Part shown: in pieces, positions 19,013 through 27,244 of the stretch
How the letters are laid out: every line of letters starts with the position of its first letter
How positions within the stretch are numbered: position 1 is the stretch's first letter
Source of the DNA: Polyangiales bacterium
Lineage (GTDB): Bacteria; Myxococcota_A; Polyangia; Polyangiales; Ga0077539
Reading direction: 5' to 3'
NCBI GenBank assembly: GCA_044229975.1
Contig: JBGARZ010000002.1
Span: forward strand, 864,001 to 928,000
Length of the DNA: 64,000 nt
The notes under the pieces: model-generated
Told to the model about the DNA's origin: nothing
The model's input: only the letters and a program-made list of their open reading frames with translations
Databases searched by the model: none
Made by a program: the position numbers and the translations under genes

Positions 19013-19969
19013 TCAGCGACACATGAGCGCGGAGGGCGGGGCCGAGCACACGGCCTCGTCGGGCTTGGCTGCGGGCACGCGCACGACCGCAGCGGCGGGC
19101 GGTTCGGCGGGCGGGCCGTGTTCGACGCCGGGCGGGAGCTCCTCGATGAGGGCGAGCAGGGCGTCGTCGTCCATCGGCGCGGAGTCGGCCTTCTCCCAGT
19201 CCTTGTCGAGCCACGGCCAGAGCGGGCCGCCGTCCGAGCAGCCGAGCGCGCGCTCACCTGGCGTGCACGACACGCGCACGTGGAAGTGGTCGTCGTGCGG
19301 CGCGCTGTCACCGGGCTGGGCGAGCACCTGCTCGGCGCGCTCGATGAGCCACGCGGGCGCGTCGGTGCGGCGGGCGTGGTCAAGGAGCATCGTCTTGATC
19401 CACGCGGCGCAGAACACCCGGATGACGCCGACCTGGGTGTCCTGCAACAGGGCCTCGATGAGGCGCCAGTTGCGCGCGAGGTCGAAGCGCAGCGGCGTGG
19501 CGACGCCGAGGGACTCGCCCGCGCGGTTGTAGCGAACGAAGCCCGGTGCGACGACGGGCCGATCGGTCGCCGCGTCGCGGGCGAAGAAGAGCAGGTCGAC
19601 GTCGCGGCCGTTGCGATGCGAGTGGTGCCGCATGACGTGACCGCCGCGCAGCCCCGAGAGGTCGCCGACCTTCATGGGCACCGGCACGTTGTCGCGCAGC
19701 ACCATCCGCGCGGCGCGACGCACCATGCCGACGAGGCGATCGGTGCCGAAGTGCAGGCCACCCTCGGCCTCGGTGCGCAGCGCCTCGAAGCCGGGGCCGC
19801 GGTCGGGCAGCCGAACGCCGTGCGCGAGCCAGCCGGTGCTGGGCTTGCCGCGCGATCCACCCTCCGGGGACGCCGCGCCGGGCATCAGATGGGCACATCC
19901 CGCGAGCGACTGCGCGGCGACGACGGTGGCGAAGGTGACGAGGAGCGAGCCACGACGAGGGATGCTCAC
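19013..19969 (-). CDS. mepA: Penicillin-insensitive murein endopeptidase (MepA family) lipoprotein
   Basis: VGDLS..GG, HHSHRNGRDVD, HDDHFHVR Zn-ligand motifs; lipobox LAGC. Confidence 0.88.
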   Translation of the reverse strand: MSIPRRGSLLVTFATVVAAQSLAGCAHLMPGAASPEGGSRGKPSTGWLAHGVRLPDRGPGFEALRTEAEGGLHFGTDRLVGMVRRAARMVLRDNVPVPMKVGDLSGLRGGHVMRHHSHRNGRDVDLLFFARDAATDRPVVAPGFVRYNRAGESLGVATPLRFDLARNWRLIEALLQDTQVGVIRVFCAAWIKTMLLDHARRTDAPAWLIERAEQVLAQPGDSAPHDDHFHVRVSCTPGERALGCSDGGPLWPWLDKDWEKADSAPMDDDALLALIEELPPGVEHGPPAEPPAAAVVRVPAAKPDEAVCSAPPSALMCR

Positions 19970-20024
19970 GGACCGCGACGGTAGCGCCGCCGACCAGAGG
20001 CGTCACGAGACGAGCGCGGAAGAA

Positions 20025-20834
20025 TCATCCGTCGGCGCGGACGAAGAGCGCGCGGAGACGACCTCGCCACGTGGTCTGGCGAGCGACGACTGTGGCGAGA
20101 GAGATCCACGGTGCGACATTGGCGCCCAGCGGATCGGCGGGCGCGACCTCGTCCTTCACCCCGTAGACGAGCCCTTGTTGGTAGGGAGTGAAGGTCCCGA
20201 AGAGATGGTCGAAGACGAGGAATATCCCGCCGAAATTGCGGTCGATCGCGACGTCGTTGGAGGCGTGGTGCACGCGGTGGAACACCGGCGCGTTGAAGAA
20301 GCGCCCCGGCCCGAAGGTGAAGGTGGTCGGCGCGTGCAGGCCGAAGAGCAGCACGGCGTGGACGACGCCGACGGCGGCGTAGGTGACCGGGTCGACGCCC
20401 GCGAGCGCGAGCAGCGAGTGGAAGCAGACGGTGGAGAGCGACGCGAGCACCCCGACGCGAAACGACACCGACCAGTTGTAGTCGACCGACTGGTGATGGA
20501 CGGCGTGGATGGCCCAGAGCACGGGCACACGGTGCTCCAGGCGATGCTGGACGTAGTAGACGAGGTCCAGCAGGACGAAGGCGAGCGCGTAGGTGGCCGG
20601 GTGGTGCGGCGGGAGCTTCCATGGGACGAGCGCAGCGACGCCTGCGAAGGCGGCCACGAGCGCGCCGCGGAGGAGCGCCTGCGAGGCCAGGAAGAGCAGG
20701 CCGACACCCGCGTTGGAAGCAGTCTGTCGGAGGCTCCCGGTGCCGCGCAGCGCGCGACGTACGCGACGCGAGAGCAACAGCGCGAGGAGGAAGGGCACCG
20801 TCATCGCGAGGGCGATGGCTTGCAGGGTCGTCAC
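20025..20834 (-). CDS. Sterol desaturase / fatty acid hydroxylase family protein
   Basis: His boxes HRLEH, HAVHH, HRVHH; NFGGIFLVFDHLFGT. Confidence 0.92.
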   Translation of the reverse strand: MTTLQAIALAMTVPFLLALLLSRRVRRALRGTGSLRQTASNAGVGLLFLASQALLRGALVAAFAGVAALVPWKLPPHHPATYALAFVLLDLVYYVQHRLEHRVPVLWAIHAVHHQSVDYNWSVSFRVGVLASLSTVCFHSLLALAGVDPVTYAAVGVVHAVLLFGLHAPTTFTFGPGRFFNAPVFHRVHHASNDVAIDRNFGGIFLVFDHLFGTFTPYQQGLVYGVKDEVAPADPLGANVAPWISLATVVARQTTWRGRLRALFVRADG

Positions 20835-20954
20835 GCCCTCGGGGTGTAGCAGAGTGGCAGCGGATAGGCTTGACCGCCCAGAGGATCGGTCTACAAGCTC
20901 CCCGCCCGCTTTCTCCCAACTGTTCCGCTACCCGATGGGTGACCCGCCGTGTCC

Positions 20955-21980
20955 ATGGATCGTCTTTCCGCGCACCTCGACCGAGGCTGGGATCTGCTGG
21001 GCCAGGGTGACACCCGCGGCGCCCGCACCAGCGCGCGGCGCGCCCTCGAGATCGACCGCGAGTCGCCCGAGGCGCACAACCTGCTCGGCCAGGCCGCGGC
21101 GCGCGAGGGCGACGCCGACGAGGCCATCGAACATTACAAGCAGGCGTATTCGCTCGACGACGGGTACGTCGACCCGATGCTCAGCGCGGCCGAGGTGCTC
21201 ATCCATCCCCTCCAGCGCTTCGAGGACGCCATCGCGCTCTGCGACGAGGTGCTGGAGTTCGCCGACCTGAAGGAAGAGCGCGCCGACGCGCTGCTGCTGA
21301 AGTTCGACGCGCTCCAGGCGATGGGACAGGACGCCGCGGCGCGGGCGCTGCTCGACGACCTCCCCGAGGGGCCGTACGAGGCGCCGTTCACGGGTTACCT
21401 CGTGGGGCGCGCGTGGTTCGAGGCGGGGGAGTTCGATCGGGCGCTCACGCTGCTCGTGGCCGCCGTCGGGGCCGAGCCCGACAACGCCGACGCGCACTAC
21501 TACCTCGCCATGACCCGCGACCGGCTGCGCGACTGGAAGGGCGCGACGCTGTCGTTCCTTGAGGCGCGCGAGCTCGATCTGCGGGTGCCGGCGCCGCCGT
21601 GGTCGCCCTCCAAGGACCTCTTCCATCGCTCGGTCGAGCGCGCCCTCGGCGGGCTCGAACCCGACGTCGCGCAGGCCATCGAGGGCGCCCTCGTGCTGGT
21701 CGCCGAAGTGCCGGGAATGGAGGTCGTCGCGGACGGCGTCGACCCGCGCGCCTCGGTGCTCGTGGAGGGCGTCGGGCCCGACGGCGCCGACGCGGTGGAG
21801 GAAGGCCCGCGGTCGTTCGTGCGGATCTTCGTCTACCAGCGCAACGTCGAGCGCAACTGCGGCGCGCTCGAACAGATCGAGGATGAGATCAGCACGCAGG
21901 TGTCCGACGAGGTCCGCCACCTTCTGCACGGGCCGCAGCCCGACGACGCGCTGGGTGGTCCGTCGGGCGAGCCCAACTGA
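20955..21980 (+). CDS. TPR-repeat protein with C-terminal zincin-like domain
   Basis: Multiple TPRs (PEAHNLLG, ADAHYYLA); IFVYQRNVER..EISTQVSDEVRH resembles Zincin_1 with an altered HExxH. Confidence 0.8.
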   Translation: MDRLSAHLDRGWDLLGQGDTRGARTSARRALEIDRESPEAHNLLGQAAAREGDADEAIEHYKQAYSLDDGYVDPMLSAAEVLIHPLQRFEDAIALCDEVLEFADLKEERADALLLKFDALQAMGQDAAARALLDDLPEGPYEAPFTGYLVGRAWFEAGEFDRALTLLVAAVGAEPDNADAHYYLAMTRDRLRDWKGATLSFLEARELDLRVPAPPWSPSKDLFHRSVERALGGLEPDVAQAIEGALVLVAEVPGMEVVADGVDPRASVLVEGVGPDGADAVEEGPRSFVRIFVYQRNVERNCGALEQIEDEISTQVSDEVRHLLHGPQPDDALGGPSGEPN

Positions 21981-21987
21981 GCACGGT

Positions 21988-23424
21988 CTAGCGGCGCCCG
22001 ATCTCGTGCTCGGCGAGGTTGCCGACGTGCGCGAGCACGCGGCCGTGGATGGCGTGGAGCAACAGCTCGGCGGGCACGACCCAGTAGCGCTCGGGGAAGA
22101 TCGCCATGGTGTACCAGGTGCTGCCTTCGAGCCGGGTGCGCCCGCCCGGCAGCGGAATCAGCCGAAACTCCCCGCGACGCGACACCATGTAGCCCTCCAG
22201 GTGGGGCGCGTTGACGTGGCGGTAGGGGCTGAGCTCGGTCATCGACGGCGGCTGCGCGCTCACGTCGAAGGAGAGGCGGTGCGGAGGTTCCCAGCGGGTG
22301 ATGGGCTCGACGAAGGGCCCGGTGGAGAACTCGCAGTGGCGCACGGCGCCGACGCCCTCACCGTGGATGCGCGCGCGCATCGGGTACGCGATGCCCAATC
22401 GGAAGAACCACTCGGGCGGCGGAGGGAGCTCACCGAAGCCGACGACGTAGCGCCACACGGTCTCCGGCGGCGCGTTGATCTCGCGCACCGAGACCACCTC
22501 GCGGAGCATCGGCGTGTTGACCCGCGCTTCGAGGCCCGCGAGACCGGGCAGGCCCACGAGGAAGACGCCGACCACCTGCGCCGCGGCGCCGTGGCGGGTC
22601 TGGCGCAGGATGCTCCACGCGATGGTCGAGCCGACGGTCGACACGGCAATCGCGATGGGCGTCGCCATGACGAGGCACAACACGCCTTCGAGCGCGAAGA
22701 GCAGGATGGCCGCGCCCGTCGCGACGACGGTGAACGCGCCGAGCCCGATGGTGGCGCCGAGGCCGCGCGTCGGGCCGCGGTTGCCGATGACGGCGGTGAC
22801 GGCGCCCATCGCGAAGGGCGTCGCGAAGAAGAGGGCGGCGCCGTAGGTGCGCAGGCCATAGACGCTGAGCGCGGTCATCGCGAGGCCCACCGCGACGCCC
22901 GCGAGGACGGCGAGCACCGAGTCGCGGACGCTGGGCTCCAACGGCGCGTCACTCACGGACGGCGCGGGACGGAAGGGGGCGTTCATCGGCGGCCCCCACG
23001 GCGCGTCGACCTTGGTGCGCAGCAACGAGAGCGCGAACATCACCACGTAGTTGACCCCAGGGATCAGGAACAGCACCCCGAACCAAGGCGACTGCCCGGC
23101 GTTGGCGGCGCGGCGCACGCTCATGGAGAGCCCGATCCAGAGGAAGGGCAGCGAGGCGAGCGCGAGGGTGGCGTGCATCGACGTGGGGACGTTGGTGCCG
23201 AGCAACCGATCGCGGAGGGCGATGCTGGGGATGAAGTAGGCCGTGGGCGGCCACAGGCGCCGCACGAACGCGTACACGACGGCCGCGTCGACGAGGTATT
23301 TGACAACGGTGAGCGCGAGCCCCCACTGGAGGTACGCGCGGCGTGAGACCGGGGCGCGCAGCCCGAAGAGCAGCGCGCCGAGGGAGAAGTGAGCGGCGGG
23401 TTCTGCGGAGGAGTCGGAGCTCAT
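21988..23424 (-). CDS. Membrane protein, DUF805-like N-terminus + SRPBCC/START-fold C-terminus
   Basis: SMSVRRAANAG..W..LFLIPGVN (DUF805-like), several TMs, EINAPPETVW, GVGAVRHCEFSTG, ITRWEP. Alternative TTG start at 23460. Confidence 0.82.
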   Translation of the reverse strand: MSSDSSAEPAAHFSLGALLFGLRAPVSRRAYLQWGLALTVVKYLVDAAVVYAFVRRLWPPTAYFIPSIALRDRLLGTNVPTSMHATLALASLPFLWIGLSMSVRRAANAGQSPWFGVLFLIPGVNYVVMFALSLLRTKVDAPWGPPMNAPFRPAPSVSDAPLEPSVRDSVLAVLAGVAVGLAMTALSVYGLRTYGAALFFATPFAMGAVTAVIGNRGPTRGLGATIGLGAFTVVATGAAILLFALEGVLCLVMATPIAIAVSTVGSTIAWSILRQTRHGAAAQVVGVFLVGLPGLAGLEARVNTPMLREVVSVREINAPPETVWRYVVGFGELPPPPEWFFRLGIAYPMRARIHGEGVGAVRHCEFSTGPFVEPITRWEPPHRLSFDVSAQPPSMTELSPYRHVNAPHLEGYMVSRRGEFRLIPLPGGRTRLEGSTWYTMAIFPERYWVVPAELLLHAIHGRVLAHVGNLAEHEIGRR

Positions 23425-23456
23425 CGCCGGAGCATCGGCGGGGCTCCGACGGAGCG

Positions 23457-24815
23457 TCAACCCTCGTCGGCGCGATCGCGCTCGCGGAGGTCGTGCTTGA
23501 CCATGAGGCGCTGGAGGTGGCGGCGGTCGATGCCCGAGGTGCGGGCGGCGGCCGACACGTTGCCGTGGTGCACCTTCAGGAGGTCGGTGAGGTAGGTCTT
23601 CTCGAAGATCTCCGTCCAGATCTCCTTCGCATCGTGGAACGGCAGGTCGGTGCGAATCTCGTGACCGCCGACCTTCGGCACGCCGCCCTGCGGCGAGAGC
23701 ACCGAGGCGTCGGGGCCGAGCACGGCGAAGCGCTCGACGAGGTTGCGCAGCTCGCGCACGTTGCCCGGGAAGTCGTAGTGCTGGAGCAGCTCCATCGCGC
23801 GCGGGTCGAGCGGCGCGTACCCGGCGAGGCCCTGCGCGGCGCGGCGGCGGTTGAGGTCTTCGAGCACCGTCTCCACCAGCAGCGGAACATCCTGCAACCG
23901 CGACCGCAACGGCGGGAGCTTCACCACCACCGACGAGAGCCGGTAGTAGAGGTCTTGCCGGAAGCGCCCGTCCTTGATCTCACGCTGGAGGTTGCGCCCC
24001 GTCGTCGCGACCACGCGCAGATCGACGGCCACGCCGGTGGCGGCGCCGAGCGAGCGAACCTCGCGCGACTCCAGCACCCGCAAGAGCTTCGCCTGCGCCT
24101 CGACGGAGAGCTCGCTCACCTCGTCGAGCACGAGCATGCCGCCCTCGGCCGCGCGGATGGCGCCCTGGGTCTCGGGCTGCGTCGCAGTCTTGGCGTGTCC
24201 GAAGAGCTCGGCCTCGATGCGATCGCGCGGGACGACCCCGCAGTCGACCACCACGAAGGGCCCGCCTGCCCGCGGGCTGCGGCGGTGGATGGCGTCGGCG
24301 ACGAGCTCCTTGCCCGTCCCCGCCTCACCCTCGATGAGCACCGGGAGGTCGCTCGGCGCGATGCGCTCCAGGATGGCGAACACCTCGCGCATCGCCGTCG
24401 ACGTGCCGACCAGGCGCCCGAAGCGGATGCCCATGGAGAGGTCCTTCTCCACGGCGTTTTCCGTCGGCTCGACGCGCACCCGCGTGGTGCCGAGGAGCAG
24501 CTCGCGCGTGCCCGTGATGACCGCGTCGAAGATGCGCGTGTCGCCCATGAAGGTGCCGTTGGTGCTGCCCAGGTCGCGCACGCGAATGCCGTCCGAGCCG
24601 AGGCCCAGCGACGCGTGCTTGCGCGACACCGACGGGTCGCGGATGACGAGGTCGTTTTCGTCCGCGCCGCCGATGCGGATCTCCTCCTGCGCGCCCTCGA
24701 AGACGGCGCCCTTGTCGGGCCCGTCGAGCACGGTCACGCGGACGGTCTTCATCCGACGGGCGACTGCCTGTCCGTTGCGTTCGATCAGCTGCGTAAGCGA
24801 GGAGGGGTCCGTCAC
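23457..24815 (-). CDS. FHA + sigma54-type AAA+ + Fis-HTH transcriptional regulator, GAFTGA loop absent
   Basis: FHA VSRKHA..DLGSTNGT; Walker A GEAGTGKE; Walker B LVLDE; FRQDLYYRL; PGNVRELRN; HTH GNVSAAARTSGIDR; SD GAGGTG. Confidence 0.93.
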   Translation of the reverse strand: MTDPSSLTQLIERNGQAVARRMKTVRVTVLDGPDKGAVFEGAQEEIRIGGADENDLVIRDPSVSRKHASLGLGSDGIRVRDLGSTNGTFMGDTRIFDAVITGTRELLLGTTRVRVEPTENAVEKDLSMGIRFGRLVGTSTAMREVFAILERIAPSDLPVLIEGEAGTGKELVADAIHRRSPRAGGPFVVVDCGVVPRDRIEAELFGHAKTATQPETQGAIRAAEGGMLVLDEVSELSVEAQAKLLRVLESREVRSLGAATGVAVDLRVVATTGRNLQREIKDGRFRQDLYYRLSSVVVKLPPLRSRLQDVPLLVETVLEDLNRRRAAQGLAGYAPLDPRAMELLQHYDFPGNVRELRNLVERFAVLGPDASVLSPQGGVPKVGGHEIRTDLPFHDAKEIWTEIFEKTYLTDLLKVHHGNVSAAARTSGIDRRHLQRLMVKHDLRERDRADEG

Positions 24816-24992
24816 AAAATCACCTCACGGAAGGGGGGGGGCCGTTCTCATAGCCCGTTTCAGCGCCCGCATGCACCTGCGAGGCGCAAGCGTTTCAACG
24901 GATTTCTCCGCGCTTTCTGCGGCATGGGGTCCGCGCACGGGCCGCTGACGCTACACCTGCCCTGGCGATGAGGTCGCGATAGGGTGGCGACC

Positions 24993-25493
24993 ATGATCGA
25001 CGAGCCCACCATGGAGGCTGCCCGAGCGCTCATCGCGAGGCTCCGCGCGGCGAAGACGAGCGTCGGGACCGCGGAGTCGCTCACCGGGGGACTCATCGCG
25101 GCGACGTTGACCGCGGTGCCGGGCGCATCGGAGGTCGTCGCCGAAGGGCGCGTGGTCTACACGTGGGAGGCGAAGCAGGCGCTGCTGGGTGTCCCGCGGG
25201 CGATGTTGGAGGCCGAAGGAGCCGTGAGCGAGGCGGTCGCGCGAAGCATGGCCACGGGGCTCATCGCCCGTGCTGAAGGGCGCGTCGAGCTGGCGGTGGC
25301 GGTGACGGGTGTGGCGGGTCCGGGCGCCTCGGAGGGAAAGCCCGCGGGTGGGGTCCACCTGGCGGTCGCGCGTCGGTCGACGGGCACGGTGGTGCACGCG
25401 ATGAGGGACTACGGCGAGGTCGGGCGGGCGGCGGTGCGGCTGGCGACGGTGCGCGACGCGCTCGCGATGCTGGGCGCGGCGCTCGACGACTGA
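24993..25493 (+). CDS. cinA: CinA C-terminal domain / NMN deamidase (PncC) family
   Basis: TAESLTGG, PGAS, GAVSE, AVTGVAGPG, KPAG motifs. Confidence 0.9.
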   Translation: MIDEPTMEAARALIARLRAAKTSVGTAESLTGGLIAATLTAVPGASEVVAEGRVVYTWEAKQALLGVPRAMLEAEGAVSEAVARSMATGLIARAEGRVELAVAVTGVAGPGASEGKPAGGVHLAVARRSTGTVVHAMRDYGEVGRAAVRLATVRDALAMLGAALDD

Positions 25494-27226
25494 GCGGGCG
25501 CGCACTGCTTCACCCAGCCGTGGAGGCGGGTGTTCCAGCGCCAGCCGGCGGGGGCGTGGGCGGCGTCCCCCCAGCGGAGCGAGAGCGCGGTCGCGAGCGG
25601 TCCGAGCGGGCAGCGCGGGAGCTGGTTGCGGGGGTTTTCGAAGAGGCCGAGCACCGCGGGACGGCGGAGCACCGGGTCGAGCGATGGGCACCCGGTCGCG
25701 GCGTCGAACGCAGGTGTTGGGACTGCACCGCGGACGGATGACGTGACGCCGTCGAGGGAGGTGACGGCGACACGCGCGTCGAGCGAGAGGCGGCGCTGCA
25801 CCTCGATGAGCGCGACGGCGGGCGTGACCCCATCGCGACAGCAGCCGCCTTCGCACAGCGCGCGCAGGAGGCGGTCGGTGCCCGAGGCGCGACGATCGAT
25901 GGCGCGCAGAATGGTCGACCGATCGAGTCCAGCGCCGTGGGTGGTGCCCTGTCGCCATCGGGCAACTGTCTCGACACAGGCTACGGAGATGTGCGCAACG
26001 CCGAGGAGCACCAGTGCTGTTGCCCGGGGGACTTGTAGGGGAAAGAGAGGCCGCAAGGGCGCAGGGGTCGCAAGGGATGAGCTGTTCGAGCGAGAGAACT
26101 TCGCCTCATCTCCGTCCTCTGATCCTTGCGCCCCTTGCGCCCCTTGCGCCCTGGCGGCCTTCTCCAACCCTTCGAGCCCCCCGTGGATCGGGGCCAACAC
26201 GCGCAGTGATCGTGCCTCGGCGCGGGCGAGCAGGCGGGAGACTCCAGCGGCAGCGAGCGCGGCGAGCGGCGCCCAGAGCCACTGCGAGAGGCGCGCAACG
26301 TGGGCCGCGCCAGTGACCAGTGAGTAGAGCAAGAGGCCCGCGACGATGGCCGTGATGAGCACGCGGCGCGGTGTGGGAGGCACGTTGTCAGCACGCGCGG
26401 CGACGAACGCGAGCAGCACCAGGGGCAGCAGCGTCGCGAAGCGCGCGAGGGCGCCGAGGTAGAGCCACAGCGGCCCCGCGAGATGGAGCGAGAGCGGGTC
26501 GCGGCGAGCGGCCATCATCCGACTGATGCCCGAGGCAGGAACCCACCGTCCCGTCACCCGCCAGTGCACGTAGACCACGGGCGCGATCATCACCGCCGAC
26601 GAGAGCAGCGCGATGAACCCGCGGGACGCGCGCCCACGCGACGAACCGCACGCGACGAGCGCGGGCAGCACCAGCACTACGCCTTCAGGACGCAGGAGTC
26701 CGCACGCACCGAGGAGCAGTCCGTGAGCCGCGACGGACGTGACGCGCTCCCACGCAGCTGGGGCCGTCACGCGCAGGAGGAAGGCCATCGAGGCGGCCGC
26801 GAAGGCGGTGTTCTCCATCCCGAGAGGCGCGTTGGAGGCGACGCCCGGAAGCGATGCGAAGAGCAGCGCACCGACGGTCGCGGCCGCGGGTGAGGCTCCG
26901 AGTCGTAGCGCGAAGCGACGCACCAACGAGGCCGCGAGGACGAGCGCGGCAACGGACACACTCGCGACGACCGCCAGCGCGAAGGGGAAGCCACCGACGC
27001 GCAACAACGCCGCCTCGAAGGCCGTCCACGCGACCGACGTGGTCGCGGCGCTCACCTCACCGGGGTTGAACTCGAACCATCCGCCGCGCGCCGCGCGCTC
27101 GGCGATGCTCAGGTGGATCATCGCGTCGCCCGAGAAGCGCCCCACCCCTGGAAGGAGGTTGGCGAGCCCGAGGGCAACGAGCGCGGCGCTGGCGATGCGG
27201 AGAGGTGTACGGAAGGGATCGGCCAC
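25409..27226 (-). CDS. Polytopic membrane protein, GT-C-fold glycosyltransferase-like, carrying an in-frame palindromic insertion
   Basis: GDAMIH..A..A..G..FNPGE..TTSVAW, LGMEN and LLRPEG motifs are shared with 60199..61737. 3' end overlaps cinA by 85 bp. Confidence 0.75.
   Translation of the reverse strand: MADPFRTPLRIASAALVALGLANLLPGVGRFSGDAMIHLSIAERAARGGWFEFNPGEVSAATTSVAWTAFEAALLRVGGFPFALAVVASVSVAALVLAASLVRRFALRLGASPAAATVGALLFASLPGVASNAPLGMENTAFAAASMAFLLRVTAPAAWERVTSVAAHGLLLGACGLLRPEGVVLVLPALVACGSSRGRASRGFIALLSSAVMIAPVVYVHWRVTGRWVPASGISRMMAARRDPLSLHLAGPLWLYLGALARFATLLPLVLLAFVAARADNVPPTPRRVLITAIVAGLLLYSLVTGAAHVARLSQWLWAPLAALAAAGVSRLLARAEARSLRVLAPIHGGLEGLEKAARAQGAQGAQGSEDGDEAKFSRSNSSSLATPAPLRPLFPLQVPRATALVLLGVAHISVACVETVARWRQGTTHGAGLDRSTILRAIDRRASGTDRLLRALCEGGCCRDGVTPAVALIEVQRRLSLDARVAVTSLDGVTSSVRGAVPTPAFDAATGCPSLDPVLRRPAVLGLFENPRNQLPRCPLGPLATALSLRWGDAAHAPAGWRWNTRLHGWVKQCAPAQSSSAAPSIASASRTVASRTAARPTSP
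26025..26183. mobile_element. Palindromic MITE/REP-like element (~159 bp) inside a CDS
   Basis: Inner IR 26048-26076 vs 26132-26160 (26/29 complementary); outer IR 26025-26040 vs 26168-26183 (13/16); 9-bp CCTTGCGCC subunits. Confidence 0.65.
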
Positions 27227-27244
27227 GGGCGGTGGCCGGAGAAG

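Noticed and set aside
25409..25493. Convergent 3' overlaps (85 bp here, 47 bp at 60199-60245, 28 bp at 56726-56753) as antisense regulation
   Set aside because: Stop-codon scarcity in high-GC DNA readily produces such overlaps; no further support.
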